DNA of 36,399 nucleotides from Chiloscyllium plagiosum (GCF_004010195.1 NC_057718.1:31118272-31154670); one strand, 5' to 3'. Shown: positions 12,079-26,800, numbered from the stretch's first letter. Notes: a model not told the origin generated them from the sequence alone. Numbers and translations are program-made.

Positions 12079-12959
12079 CCCTATATCTGAACAACTGCAT
12101 GAGACAGTTTAGCAGTCTAATCTAAACTAGAGTTATAAATACAACTGAACAAACGACATTTCTTTAATGTGACAAAGTCGTTTACTTTGTATTCTGTTGC
12201 AGGAGAGTATAAAATTCAAAGAACCCTGAAACTTACTCATGAAGCTTGCCAAATTCAAGCGTCAACGCGTTAATCAACCATCGAAATCCTACTATGTGTT
12301 ATAATACCTGATTTGTGATGTTATATATTTTTTTAAAAAAAACATCACATGCATGATCTTAACTTATGTTTGGTTAAATAAATTATACGCAGGAACAATG
12401 GAAGAAACCAAATTTGTCTGTGGACTTTTGAATTGTACTGATTGAAGTGTGTGCTATCTGGAGGCTTTTTAAAAACCTATTTCTGGTCCAGTCGTTCTCT
12501 CAATATCTCACAATTGAAACAAACCAAAATTTAAAGATTATTCAGATCACTCGAATGAGTTCGCGCAAATTAGTCCGAGTGGAGCGACATCCCCTGGCGC
12601 AATTTAGGAAAGGCAAGGGAATACCATTAAGGTAACCTCATGGTCCACCTGTAAATGTATCGCTTCTCCTTGGGGAAAACAAGTGGTGCAAGAGGAAAAT
12701 CTCTCTGCTTTAATTGTTGTAGAGACATGATTTAATACAGCCCTTTGCAAAGTAATTTTTATTTATGAAGAATAACCAAACAGTGGTCTATTTTCCAGGG
12801 GATGCATGCGTTTCGTCTAAAGAGATTTTTGGTTTATTGAGCTTTCCAACATTGATAGAGTACTACAAGTTCAAAGAAGTGAAAGCTTCTTGCTGCGCAG
12901 TCACGCACCCTGGGCCACGAATCAACTTCACAGAGCAATTTGAGAAAATCCCATAAATT

Positions 12960-13315
12960 AAAGATGACATCGAAATTGGAGGTGTGGTGGACAGCGAAAA
13001 GGTTACCTCAGAGTACAATGGAATCTTGGTCAGATGGGCCAATAGGCTGAGGAGTGGCAGATGGAGTTTAATTTAGATAAATGCGAGGTACTACATTTTG
13101 GAAAAGCAAACCAGAGCAGGACTTATACACTTAATGGTAAGGTCCTGGGAAGTGTTGCGGAACAAAGGGACCTTGGAGTGCAGGTTCATAGTTCCTTCAA
13201 AGTCGTCAGGATGGTGAAGAAGGCGTTTGGTATGCCTTTCTTTATTGTGTCAGAGCATTGACTGTAGGAGTCGGTAGGTCATATTGCGGCTGTACAGGAC
13301 ATTGGTTAGGCCAGA
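12960..13315 (+). mobile_element. CR1 LINE RT fragment
   Basis: DDIEIGGVVDSE...WQMEFNLDKCEVLHFGKANQSRTYTLNGKVLGSVAEQRDLGVQVHSS, with stops and frameshifts. Confidence 0.92.
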
Positions 13316-13731
13316 TTTGAAAACATTTTTATGACTCTAAGTAATATTAAGCTAAAAGGACAATCGCCAAATAACTGCGTGAACAAATAACAGCGCAAGC
13401 CTATAGAGGGCTCTGGCTATCAATGTTCACTTTCTAACGTGGCTGAGAGTCAATTTGGACAGAAATTTTGTATCTCCAAATAAACGATCTGCTTCCTCTC
13501 TATGCTGAAAACGGCTGACGAACAGTCCGGTTCAAGCAGAGCAAGTTTTCCTTCTTAATGCGGTTTCTGCCTTCGATTTTACATCATCTTATATTCAGCC
13601 CCAAATTACGTAGTGTGTTGCGAATTGTGATCTTGTTTTACTAAATCATTGACCCCATCCTCCCCAGCACAACACACTGCTTTATTTGAACTTGTGGGTC
13701 AGTTGTCGGCCTGTCAATGCGCGCAATTCTC

Positions 13732-13921
13732 CAGAGGGAAAATGCTGGAAAATCTCAGCAGGTCTGGCAGCATCTGTAAGGAGAGAAAAGAACTGACGTT
13801 CCGAAACGTCAGCTCTTTTCTCTTCTTTTCTCTCCTTACAGATGCTGCCAGATCTACTGAGATTTTCCAGCATTTTCTCTTTTGGTTTCAGATTCCAGCA
13901 TCCGCAGTAATTTGCTTTTAT
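13732..13921. mobile_element. Fold-back (inverted) Penelope-type terminal repeat insertion with TSD
   Basis: Arms 13734-13800 and 13805-13880 are near-perfect reverse complements. Flanked by CGCGCAATTCTC (13720-13731) and CGCGCACTTCTC (13922-13933). Confidence 0.85.
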
Positions 13922-16900
13922 CGCGCACTTCTCTATTTGTCCGTGTGGATATGAATTGAAAGGCGAAACAATTTGAAACCAACTTGTTATTAAATAATGC
14001 CTGCTTACCCCTCCAGTTCTTTTAATTTGATCCACGCAGTAAAATCAAAGTAGCTTTCTCACATTTGATTGGCACCCTTGTGGATTAGTAAATAATTCGC
14101 TTTTTTTTTTGACCACTTAGAACACCCTCGTTTGTTTGGACCGTAGATCGATAATATTGAATTTGAAATTAAGAAGATTATCTTTGTAATTAATAATGAA
14201 GAAATGATTTTTTTTTGTCCAAAATGTGGAAAATAACTATTATTTGTAATGTGCAATCATTACGTCTAATTGCTCACCACGAGTAACTGGTGACTTTGAT
14301 TAGTAGTTTCGTCTCCGGGGCAAGACGTCTTTTATGACGGTCTCAATCGAAATGTTGGTTCATTGAAAAGGCATTTACTCTCTTGGAGCTTGTATTCTAT
14401 CAAATTATTTCACGGCAATCATAACAATAACTACAATTCAGATTAGATATTAATAATTTCAAATATACAAATGCTGAACAAGTAAGCAACAAAAACAAAG
14501 TTCCCCAAAACATTAAAAAAACTCAGACCAAAATGTACCCCTTCTTATCTTACATCTTGATTCTATTTTATATATTTATTTATATCATAGCAGGATTAAT
14601 GAAACAGTTAAATGCTTTGGATTGCCAAGAGAAATATATTTAATATGCATCATTATGTATATTTACTTTTTAGAAAAGGAACAACTCGGAATTGTTCATA
14701 TAAATGTAGTCTACAATAAGTTGTAAAATTGCAGAAGGCATTGCGGCGCTAAACGTTCTGATTTTAAAGTAATATTCCAAATTAGCCCAGGTACTAGCAT
14801 GTAAGAAAATGCTCAGATATACTTCGCAAAGCTTGTCAAAGATGGCGAACGCCAGTGCACTAATGCAACTTTCACTCTAATTACTTCCGAATGAGCACGC
14901 ACAATTAAACACGACTCACGCTTCTGTATCGAGGCAACAATTCCTCCACTCTTCACTTCCCTTTCTCTCAAATAAATACATATTGATAACTAAAGGAAAT
15001 GTTTAACAGTACTGGCAGTATGAAACAGCGTTGAAAACAGAGGACAAGGTCATGCAACCTGTTTAGCTAACTGCGGAACAATTGCATGGTTGAGTTTGTT
15101 GCTTCATTGCTAACACTGCAAGACAGCACTGGAGTCCCAATCACCAGTTAACGCGTATGTAAATATTAAAACGTACCTTCTACTGAATCATAGCATGAAT
15201 GAAGTAGTAACCTACGCTTTAGGCAGCCTTGCACGGCGACGGTTAGACTAATAAATGGCAACACTCTTGCCTGGTATTTTGAGTTAACATTATAACCCTA
15301 TCCCCTATATTAGATTACAGTTATGTGATATATAGAGCGCTCAATTTTCAAGTTCTATTATCCTTTCCAAGCCCGTTTGTAACTCCCCTCCGTCCTTATC
15401 TGTGACTACGTCACTGCAACTATTACTTTTCTGTAACGCAGTTCCATTTTATCGCAGTAGTCGATTAACCGATAAAACCGCAGAGGAAGCAATTGGGTGA
15501 CTATCATCATTGGCAACTACGTGAACCTTAGCATTTGATTGAAGATAATCACGATACCCTTTAAAAATTAAAATCACGGCCATGGAGGATCCCTCGTAAA
15601 TGTTGTATCATAACGTGGTTTTATAACCAGAGACACCAAAGATTTTTAACAATGTAAAGGCTAACAATACACTAAGTCAAAATAGGCTTCCAAGTCGGTA
15701 TTCTGAAAGACAGACTGACAAACCGGCAAATAAATAGGTAGATAGAAAGATTCACAATCGCCACCAGATACCAAAATAAAAGAAAACAAGAGATCTCAAG
15801 CTTCAAATGATGTATTGCAAGTGTCCGAGAACAAATGGCTGCTATTACTTATGCTAACTTTAATAGTTTTTATCCCTGGAGTCACATTTGTTATAGACTT
15901 TATTTGCCCAGTGCAGATATAAACGTACAATTAGCTTCCTTCGCCATTGCATCTTACTGCAGTGAAAAGACCATTGACTATAATATTTTAAACCTAGATT
16001 AAGATTACTTCACTAGCAAGATGCACGTAGCGCCTTCTTCAATAATGTGCAATTGACCGGGAGTTCTTTATTGCAGTCTACACACCGCTCAACATAATTT
16101 ATTTCAGTATCCGGAGCATAAGAGAAGCCAGATATCGCAGCTGCTTTAGTCCATGGATATATAATCATGTTGGATAACCATGTTATATTATATGATCACA
16201 TTCATCAGTTATCATAAGAGACTTTGCGAATAACATTACAGCGAGAAGGCTAACATTTCTGGAGCATTCAAATGACATTAAGTGCACTCAACAGCAGTCA
16301 GAGTGACATGTGTGCTCAACATATTTAGATAAGCAGACATTGACAACTCTGGAATAACGTCACATACCCAATAAAGACATTTTAAAAATATTTTCTTTCT
16401 ATTTTATAAAGTGAAAAATGGAGACAACGGTATGGGCTATACTGTTATGGTTTAAAAAAAAATACTGAGTTACATTGGGGTTAAAATAGCCATCTGTATT
16501 TTTGTACTGGACGTAAATCTGCAGCCGCATGAGATTGAGAAAGGAATGGAGCCTCAGGACGTTTTATATTTCACTGGCGTAACTAGTAAACGGGATTTGT
16601 GTGGATCGTTTTCTCATCTTGGACGTGATTTTAAATAAGCTGTAATCAAGATTTTTAAAGGCCCGTTGGGCACTTTTTTTTCTCCAGCCCTTTTTCTTTA
16701 TCTGCATTATATTGGCATTATAGTTAGACCAACAATAATCACCTGGAATCTTCACATAAACCCAATGGCAAATTTAACATATATCTCACGGTGTGACATT
16801 TAACGTTCACCAATGGTAAACGCGTTCGATGGAAGCGCCGCCATCCCTTATATAACGAGCATATGCTAGCAGATAAAGAATAATCGTATAATACAAAACC

Positions 16901-16984
16901 GTGCCGATGTCAATGTTAAAAAAAATCTAATTAAATTGTTGCTAAATAATTGAAGGGACAGGAGGGAAGAAAGCAAACGTATCG

Positions 16985-17709
16985 GATGTTAGCTGTGCTC
17001 TGTTTTTATTATAAAATAAGCAGGATTTCGCCTCCAAAGATTGTAGTCACGTAATATAAACAGTAATAAAACAATTTTTATGCAGAGTGAGAGCATTCCT
17101 TCTTGTTGACTGAGATATTTTTTAATGCTAGATGAAATGACATTATATGTTTACGGATTGTTTTCAGTTCAATATAGCTGCGATTACACGTTCCACGCAT
17201 TCTACTACAGGAAAGCCAGCTTTCTGTACAGTTTTCATCTACATGTAAATGATCTTCCTATAGCGTGTTTTTAATTCTTTTTATCATATTTTATCAAAAC
17301 TTAAAATGCTCATTATGCACGCGATTACAAATCTACTCACTCTTGTAACCTGTATATATATATATATATATTTGTGTGCATGTGACTGTATGTGCTGTAG
17401 TGTAATTTTAATTGAGAGCAATACTTCCGAGATTGTGATTTTGTGACCAGTAAAATATTAACTTGTTTGTCTAAACAAAGACATCCTCCGTTATATAAAA
17501 CCTTAAGACTTTGCTACATCAATCTCTTATGTGATCTAATACAGTACCTTATAACTCGAATAGCTATATCCATCTTTCCTTCCCATGGTTGACAAAATAT
17601 CCACTAACGTTTTTTTTATGTACATCGCTTAACTGTCAGGTAAAATATATAAAGGATAATCTTGAGAGTGTCTTTAATTATTCGCAGGTAAAAGGAAATT
17701 GTTCTTTTT
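16985..17709 (-). other. six2: Probable six2 3' UTR ending near the AATAAA at 17010-17005
   Basis: AT-rich region after the stop codon. Minus-strand AATAAA at 17010-17005 is followed ~25 nt later by a GT/T-rich tract (cgtttgctttctt). Confidence 0.55.
17353..17371. repeat. (TA)n microsatellite in the six2 3' UTR
   Basis: tatatatatatatatatat read directly. Confidence 0.9.
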
Positions 17710-18040
17710 TTACGAGCCAAGGTCAACTAAGTTGGATGACATTGGGTTGAGCATGGAGTCCTGTAATGCATGGTGGTGTATAACATCTGAATTGGGTACC
17801 GCAACGGCGCTAGGACCTGGAGGCGCGGCCAGAGTGTGTAGAGGCTGCAGACTAGTGTTGGAGCTCTGGCCCAGGGATCCTAAGAGTAGCGCCGGGCTGC
17901 TCGAAGTGTGATCCGGGGTTTGAGACGGAGTCTTTTCCTCGTCTGAGCTCGCTAACATATTTTTGTTTCCATTCATCGAATGATTCATTTGGTTGTGGCC
18001 GCCGGCCGTAACGTTGGAATTCGAGTTCTCGTTGTTTTCT
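17710..18040 (-). CDS. six2: Homeobox protein SIX2, coding exon 2 (C-terminal region)
   Basis: Acceptor ctgtctctttgcccccgcag|A. Continues in frame as (R)[53 protein letters not shown]...[22 protein letters not shown], matching the SIX2 motifs [17 protein letters not shown] and NLVDLGS. Spliced CDS is 891 nt (296 aa). Confidence 0.96.
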
Positions 18041-19501
<1,461 letters not shown>

Positions 19502-19599
19502 TTACAGTCTCTGCTCGTGCGTTTTACTTGTAGACGCATAAAAAATCTTTCTTTCACAGGAGACCCAACATACTGCACTTGAAGACGTCCAGAGTGCTT

Positions 19600-19770
19600 T
19601 CCCTTCGTTTTTAATAATATTATTCTAAGTTGGCATGAATAGTCATTATGTAGAATTTGATTGGTTGGTTATCTGACCTACGGATGGTGAGGATAAGACA
19701 ATAGTTAGTCAAATTATTTACCATGGAGACGCTGTCACTCAAAGTAACCCGATCCCCTTTGAGGTGTCTC
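19600..19770 (-). promoter_or_regulatory. Probable six2 proximal promoter
   Basis: Minus strand reads ggtcagataaccaaCCAATcaaattctaCATAATgactattcatgccaacttaGAATAATATTATTAAAA: a CCAAT box, TAAT cores and an AT-rich TATA-like element ~200 bp upstream of the ATG. A SIX-like GTAACCCGATC is near 19744. Confidence 0.6.
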
Positions 19771-20167
19771 CCTAGCTGAGCGAACAGCTTGCAGCTCCAG
19801 ACCTACCTTGTAACACTGCACAACGTTATATAATTCCAGTTTGACAATCGAATCGACGAAAGGAAGAACAAGCCACGCTTTAATGGTCTTATTGCACTAT
19901 TTTTTCGCTTCTTGTTCTGTTTTTGCTTGTCTATGTATTTATTTGTTTCAGCTGCTTTGACAAGAACCTCGTGGAATCTCTTCAATGATTGACATCGCAA
20001 TAAGCCGCAGAGGATAGCGTTTTTTTTCCTCTCTTGTGGCAACGATATAGAAGAACACAAGGGTGGCGCCAGTGATCTGGAAATAACGCGTGGTCTTGAT
20101 CGCGTTGAGCTCTGGTATCTGTAGTTACATTTCTGATACTTCGCTATACTTTGATCGTGGTAGTTGA

Positions 20168-20186
20168 ACTACAGTTCCCACAATGC
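20168..20186 (+). promoter_or_regulatory. ZNF143/THAP11 (SBS2) motif
   Basis: ACTACAGTTCCCACAATGC fits the known consensus ACTACAnnTCCCAnnATGC without mismatch. Confidence 0.75.
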
Positions 20187-23100
20187 TTTTCTGCCCAGGG
20201 TTTCGATGGCGTGGGAGGGGAACTTGATGGGGGATGGGGGAATGGTGGGGAGGGAGAAGGTATAATCTAGTTTTCATCTGATTGAAATTGAACAGAAACT
20301 ACTGTATTAATAACGGGTTGTCGCCTCATGACTTTATAATGAAGTATGCTTTTATCATCATCCAACTTTAAACAAATAGATGGGATTTTGATAACGCACA
20401 ATCTTAACAGAATGCGAACTCACATATTAATCACTGGTTGGAGTTCTATTGACAAGATGCTTTTACTTGGAAGCATTACTTTATTTATGAATACCTGCAT
20501 TAATCAGTCAGACAGAACTAACCATAATTTTGAAAACTGTACTGGTCACAACGTGATTTTTGCACCAGTGTCAAATGAATGCTAACTTCAGAACCGAAAT
20601 TTACAATGTGTGATTGATCTTAGTGGGGAAGGAGAGAAGAAAGCAGAACTAATTCATGTAATCCAATACAATCTTTTTTTAAGTATATGTGTCTAATTCT
20701 CGGATTTGCAAATCCTAATTTCGTGTCATTTAACAACAAGGATGAGGGAAGGATGGCGATAGTGACGGTGTGTGCCTTGTGTGTTTATTTTTCGGGGTCG
20801 GAATAATCAAACAGATGCTTCTCTTTGCCGGGGGCAATGTTAGAAATCTGAGGTAACAACTTCAGCAAAGGCCAGAACATTGAATCGGCCCATTGCTCCA
20901 TTATACGCCTCGTCCAACAACTTGTGCGTCAGCAACACTTCGGATCAAAACAAGTCAGAATGTACCTATCGAATGAACAAAACAAAGCGTGGATCCACAA
21001 TCTGACAGGCTTACTTTCAAAGCCAAGTTTAAATCTTGCTTATACTTTCAGTACTTTTTTCACTCAGGAATTTTTTTGCTCCAAAAATAGTTTGAAAACG
21101 TCCCATTTCCCATACCTCAATAACAGACTGAGCTGCTTAGAAGAGTTTATTAGAAAACAAAGGCTTAAAACAGCTGTTGGCGAGTTGTCAATTTAATCCG
21201 TATTCTCACCTTGGGGAGCTGTGGTAATAGAAACTTCAAAGTTTTAATACAACGGGGTTAAACCTGTTCCTAATAATTCGTACCAGCATTTTAAATTGTG
21301 TAAAACAGTAAACCATTACCGATAAAATAACATTTATGTTGTGTTCTGAGTGCGCAACAAATAAAATTTATCCTGTGGTTACAGCTTAATTATCCATATT
21401 TATTTAACTTCTGGGTAGAGTGTAAAATGTACCTGATTTAGATTTCCGCTACGCTTCCCTCGCTCTCAACTGATCCGCCACATCCTGGTCATTTATCTTA
21501 ACTAAATTCGGAAACTCTTTTCTTTTCATCCCAAATTATTCATTTTTGTTTGTTTTTAAATGCACTGTTTTTCTTTAGGCTTTACAGAAACTCTCCACTA
21601 TATTTACCAGTAATAAGCGGTTGCACGTTTTAATTTGACGTGATATAAGATAACTTACTATTAATCTCAAGAAGTATGCATTTCATTAATACCACACTTC
21701 CTTAGTCAACACAAGCTACAACTTGTGCGCAATTTTGTTACATGGGAGAACATTTTCGGGTCTGTGGTGAATTAGGATTCTGTCGAAGTGGATCGCCCCC
21801 TTTGAATGAACAATGCAGATTAATTCGTTGATAATATTCCAGGAAACCCGAGGGCTGAATCAAATGACGCAGCCCTTCATGACAAGTGCACTTGGAGAAG
21901 ATTTGAGGATATTTGCATTTATGTATTCCAAGATTGCATAGACGTTATTCAATAAATTTCCTTATCTAAAGTGTTAGTTTTTATTCATGGCGAGATTCAT
22001 TGTAACATAATGGAAACCAACCTCTTTCTTTTTCCGGAAGAGAGGGAGAAAAGGAAAGAGCGAGAGAGAAGAACGATACGGTTATTTCCGCATTAGCTCT
22101 GTCACTTATACCAATTAGGTTTGCTTATCATGAGTTTAGATCTTAAAACAACATTAAGGCATATTCACCTTAATTCAGTCCATACGCGGGGCGGCTTGTT
22201 TCACCCATTGCCACTGAAATGAGAAAAACGAAAGATTCAAATAATACTAACTATAAAACGGCTGACATAATAGAAAGAAATCGGAGGTCTAAATTATTAG
22301 ACACTAAAAGAAAGGAAACTTGCAAACAAAAATAAATCAAAACATATTTTAAATTATAGCCCATGAATGACTATGACCAGAGAACACTATTTTGGTAAAA
22401 AAACCGACAGATATTAAAACAAAGTGGAAAGTTGCACCGGCGTCCTAACAGCTACTATTTAATTACGATTCAAAGTTAATCCTCTTAGTTTGGTGGAAAA
22501 CAATATTGTCACTAACGAACAACCGTCCGAGGGAACGAAAAGCTTCGGTGGCCAAGCAGCGAATGACAGGCTCAGTGACGGTACAAGAATCAATTTGACA
22601 ATATTTGTAAACTCCTTCGTGCCAGGGCTGCATATCTGAGAATGGAAAGCTTGAGGGTTCGGCGGAGTCTGACCAGTGATTAGACTTGCTGATGAATGGA
22701 TATCACGTTTCTACTAATGGTTGCCCCGTATTTTGACAACCTCCCACTACTAACCCGAGAAGCTGGTAGGTCGACCGGCCTTAATTTGCTTGATTGCTCC
22801 AAGATGTCGAAGAAAGCTGAAGTGATGGAAGCGCCTTCCTATTGCCATTGGAAAATGACAGACCCATTATGTCACGTAATATTTTTACTTCACGATGTTT
22901 CAGAATTCACCAAAATAATAGTATAAAACGTCTTTAAAACGATATACTTATTTTTCCAATTAATGTAACTACTGACATGCAGTCTGAATATTTTTACATT
23001 TCAAACTTCAATTAACACGCGATTAATGTAACTGCAAATATTTCTTCATATTGCTAAAGACAAAGTCTGCGATTTCATAGAATTGTTCGCGGAATTGTCT

Positions 23101-23784
23101 TCGCAGTAGTTCGTATTTTGTCAAATACTTTCAAAGTATCATGTAACTTTTACGCTGACCAGCATGTCCCATTTTCAGAAACGGTCCGTCTGTTCGGCAG
23201 GATTAAAGACCTAGGTAGAATAATGCAACCTGACGTGCAAATGGAGAGTTCAAAATTCTACATGTGATAATTTGCCCGTCCAATGTTTCTGTCACAATTG
23301 ACTTATATAAATTATGTTTTCTTTAAAGTTCCGTAACTTTCTTCCGAACATTAGGCGCCATTTGACGCACAGCCCCCTACGAACAAAGTGATTGCAATTG
23401 AGAATATTTGAATTCACTTGCTTGCTGCTTTGGTAAAATAAAATACATTATTTAAATAACCTAACCGCCCCTGGGCCGTTTTAGAGAAGCACACACATAC
23501 CATCTTAACTGGGGCAAACTCAGATTTATTTATCAATATTACAGATCTGGCCGAACGTGACCTCTGATCTATGTAACTCCGCTACAACGATCCAAACACG
23601 TGACATTCCTGATCAGTTTCTTTTTAATCCTGATACATTAAGATGCATAAAGCTAACTAAAATCCAACACAATGCCGTGAAAATTAACTGTAGTTTTATG
23701 CGATTTTGAATAGAGGCACTGAAAAATTCAAACCCCACGCGTGTCCACGCTTAGTTAGTGGATGACATATAGATTATTGCACCG

Positions 23785-23888
23785 TTTTTCATGAACGGTC
23801 ATTAACCGGACCTGTTGTCTTTATTTCTCCCTCCACAGATGCTGCCTGATCTTCTGAGTTTCTCTAGAATTTCTATTTTGTTTTATTG
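23785..23888 (+). mobile_element. Degenerate solo copy of the same terminal repeat
   Basis: catgaacggtc...ccctccacagatgctgcctgatcttctgagtttctctagaatttctatttt matches the family body. Confidence 0.6.
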
Positions 23889-26800
23889 TCTATAAAATAT
23901 GATCTACAATGCCGAATCCATCAATTTTTACAGCATTTTTAGAAATTATGTTTGTGAAGTGCAAGTCAGTTATTTTTCATTTGATTCCAAGCGTATACTG
24001 TGCAGCTCTCCTGTACTTCCAACCACATTGCACCCCATATAACAGCACTAAAGCCTTACTTTCTAACAGCCAAATTAATTTTGCCATAATCTTTATCCAT
24101 TTTACTAATGTTAAGTAGATAATCAACTGCCATAATGTAAAATAGAGCAAAAATTGAGTACTTAATAAACCCATCAATATGTAATATTACTTTATTCTCT
24201 TTTATCATTATATATTTGTCATTATAAACATGAACATCTTTTGAAGTTCTTGTTTTGCTGAGTGGCTAATTACTCGTGTATACCAAAACAAGTAATTTTA
24301 CAACTGAATATATTGCCGTTGCATACTCATAAGAACAGTAACAGAATTATAACCTCTAATTCATATTACATTTGCATAAAAAGTAACATGACTAGTAAGT
24401 GTGATTTGCTAGTGGATTACTATTTGTATCTTTTTTGCCAGTTTTGTGATTAAAAATGCAAATATTCTTGCAATCTGTTTTCAAAATCACTTTAAGCACA
24501 TACATGTTTGTATAAATGGGTGTTATTTTTCAAATATAAATTACTTTTATCCATGATCATGTTTGCTAAGAAGATCAGCTTTCTATGATGGAATATCTTA
24601 TCTATTGAAGAAAAGTATTTTCTTAGGGATGTACTTTTGTTCATGAATGGATTTCCCGCTTCCTATCGCACAATTTAAGGCACAATACAAACAAATTACC
24701 CCATAGTAAGCACAAATGCATTTTACACTGTTCTCATCTATATTTGTAAATTATGATTTATGATTTGTTTTTTTTATTTTCTGTGAAGTCATGAATTAGC
24801 ATGGTTTTCATTGCATTTGCAATCATTTCTATATACATCAATAGGAATGTGAAATCTTTACATGATGCATTCTGTAATAGTTAATGATCACTGGTTTAAT
24901 TTGTTGTTACTATTATTAGTTATTGGTTTTGCTGTAATTGAATTAATGTAAGATATAACTGTGCATGAAATATAATGGAATATGAAGCACAATTCAAGCC
25001 TTTTATTGATCACATTCAGTTTTATTAGTTAAAAATAATCAGATTATGCTTAACAATGGAGTTTTGATCTATTTTCACATAATACATTTCAATTATGTAA
25101 CAGCAAAAAAGGAACAAGGGGCATTTTGCAAAACATAAATAGTCAAACTATGCAGATAAATATTGAAATAGTCGTGTCAAAAATACAACTGACATTAACA
25201 ATTCCATATTTATGAAATATAATCTTTTTCCATCCTAGTGAATTTTACATATAGCAAGAAAATAATTATGCAAAAATGTCCAAACGTAAAGGGCCACCTA
25301 GGTTTGAAAATTAAGGACATCACACTAGCAGACTGAGTAGCCTTAAGCAATAGTATGTTTACTGTTGGGGGAAATGGAGAGCAGACTTTGATGACTGAAG
25401 GATCAGCTCGAATGCAAGTCAACTAGCTTTGCTTTCTAACTTCTATCTGAAAGTATAATATGTACATTCATTGTTATGTAATGTATACTGACTGCATTAA
25501 CTGTTGCTAATTAATGGCAGAACTGGATTATATCTGAATTAGGGAGATATTATGATGTGAATCCCCAAAAAATCTTGCATGTTGACATTAATCATAGCAT
25601 TGTCAAAAGTGTATTAAAAAGCATAAATAAAAAAAAATTATTTCCACTAACTTCAAATTAGAATGTAGGTAAAATAACAGAAAATTGATTTCAGGGCATT
25701 GATTTCATCATATAGTTCAATCATTGAATGATGCTTTTGAATTTTGAACATGAGTTAGATCTTTGTCTTGGAATCCAAAATCCATTACCAGAAATATTTA
25801 CATCTGGTTCTCCAATCTATTTCAAAATGCCAAAAGTAATAAATTGTTATGTAACATGTTCCGATTAGATAAACCTGAATGCATATTAATATCACACTAC
25901 TATCAAGTCATTATTACTTTATCATTAGAACAGCTCTATTATCCTCACTTAATAATTAGGGACAACCTTAACAAATCAGCTTACAGCACTCAAATAAGGT
26001 GTCATTGAACAAACAAGATAACATGCAATTGCCCTCAAAATAGTATATAATTATTTCATGGATTTAATTTAATCATTATTATTAATCATTATTTCCTCTT
26101 TTGCAGATTTTAACTCAGGTTCTACAACATATACACTAGGACTTAGTAGTTTACAATGAATAAATAAATGACTAAATAGGACAAATCAGTAAAAATTATG
26201 AGATGGGCTATGTGTCGGTCAACTCACTTAATTGTTTTTGTATATCATAAAATTTTAAGGCTGTTCATACGAAGATTCCTGACAGTATGCTCTGTGGTAA
26301 CCAAATAGTTTATGCATTGTTATATGCTCGTACAATTTCAAAATGCAATCAGTAGTGATAAATGGACTATCAGGGATTCATTTGTGTTGTATAGATTCCT
26401 GTCCTGTCCACACTGGAGATACACTCCATGATTCAGCTGACAAGGCCTTTTCTTTGCTGTAAGCTCTGAGGGAAATATTGAAAATCTGCAATCAAGATAG
26501 AAAAATAAAGAAGTAAAGAGTAACTGGGAGGCCATTTAAGAAGTGTGAGAGTTTCTGAGAACCAGGAGAGTGTATGCAATATATTATGATTACAGTAAAC
26601 AAATCCAACAGTGGTAGGAAACCAAGAAAGAGAGATTTCCCTTTTTAACATTTGCTAAATAGGTCAGCAAAGTAGTTGCTCATTTAGTTGTTACTTTGAA
26701 TGAAAATGCTAGTTCATCATAAGAATACAGACTAGAACTTTTTTTAAAACTGGAGGTTATGAGGACAAAGTCTACTAGAGGTAATGGTGGAAGTAGGATT

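Noticed and set aside
13649..14035. Opposite-strand ORFs sharing MLENLSRSGSICKERKE
   Set aside because: A consequence of the DNA inverted repeat, not a gene pair.
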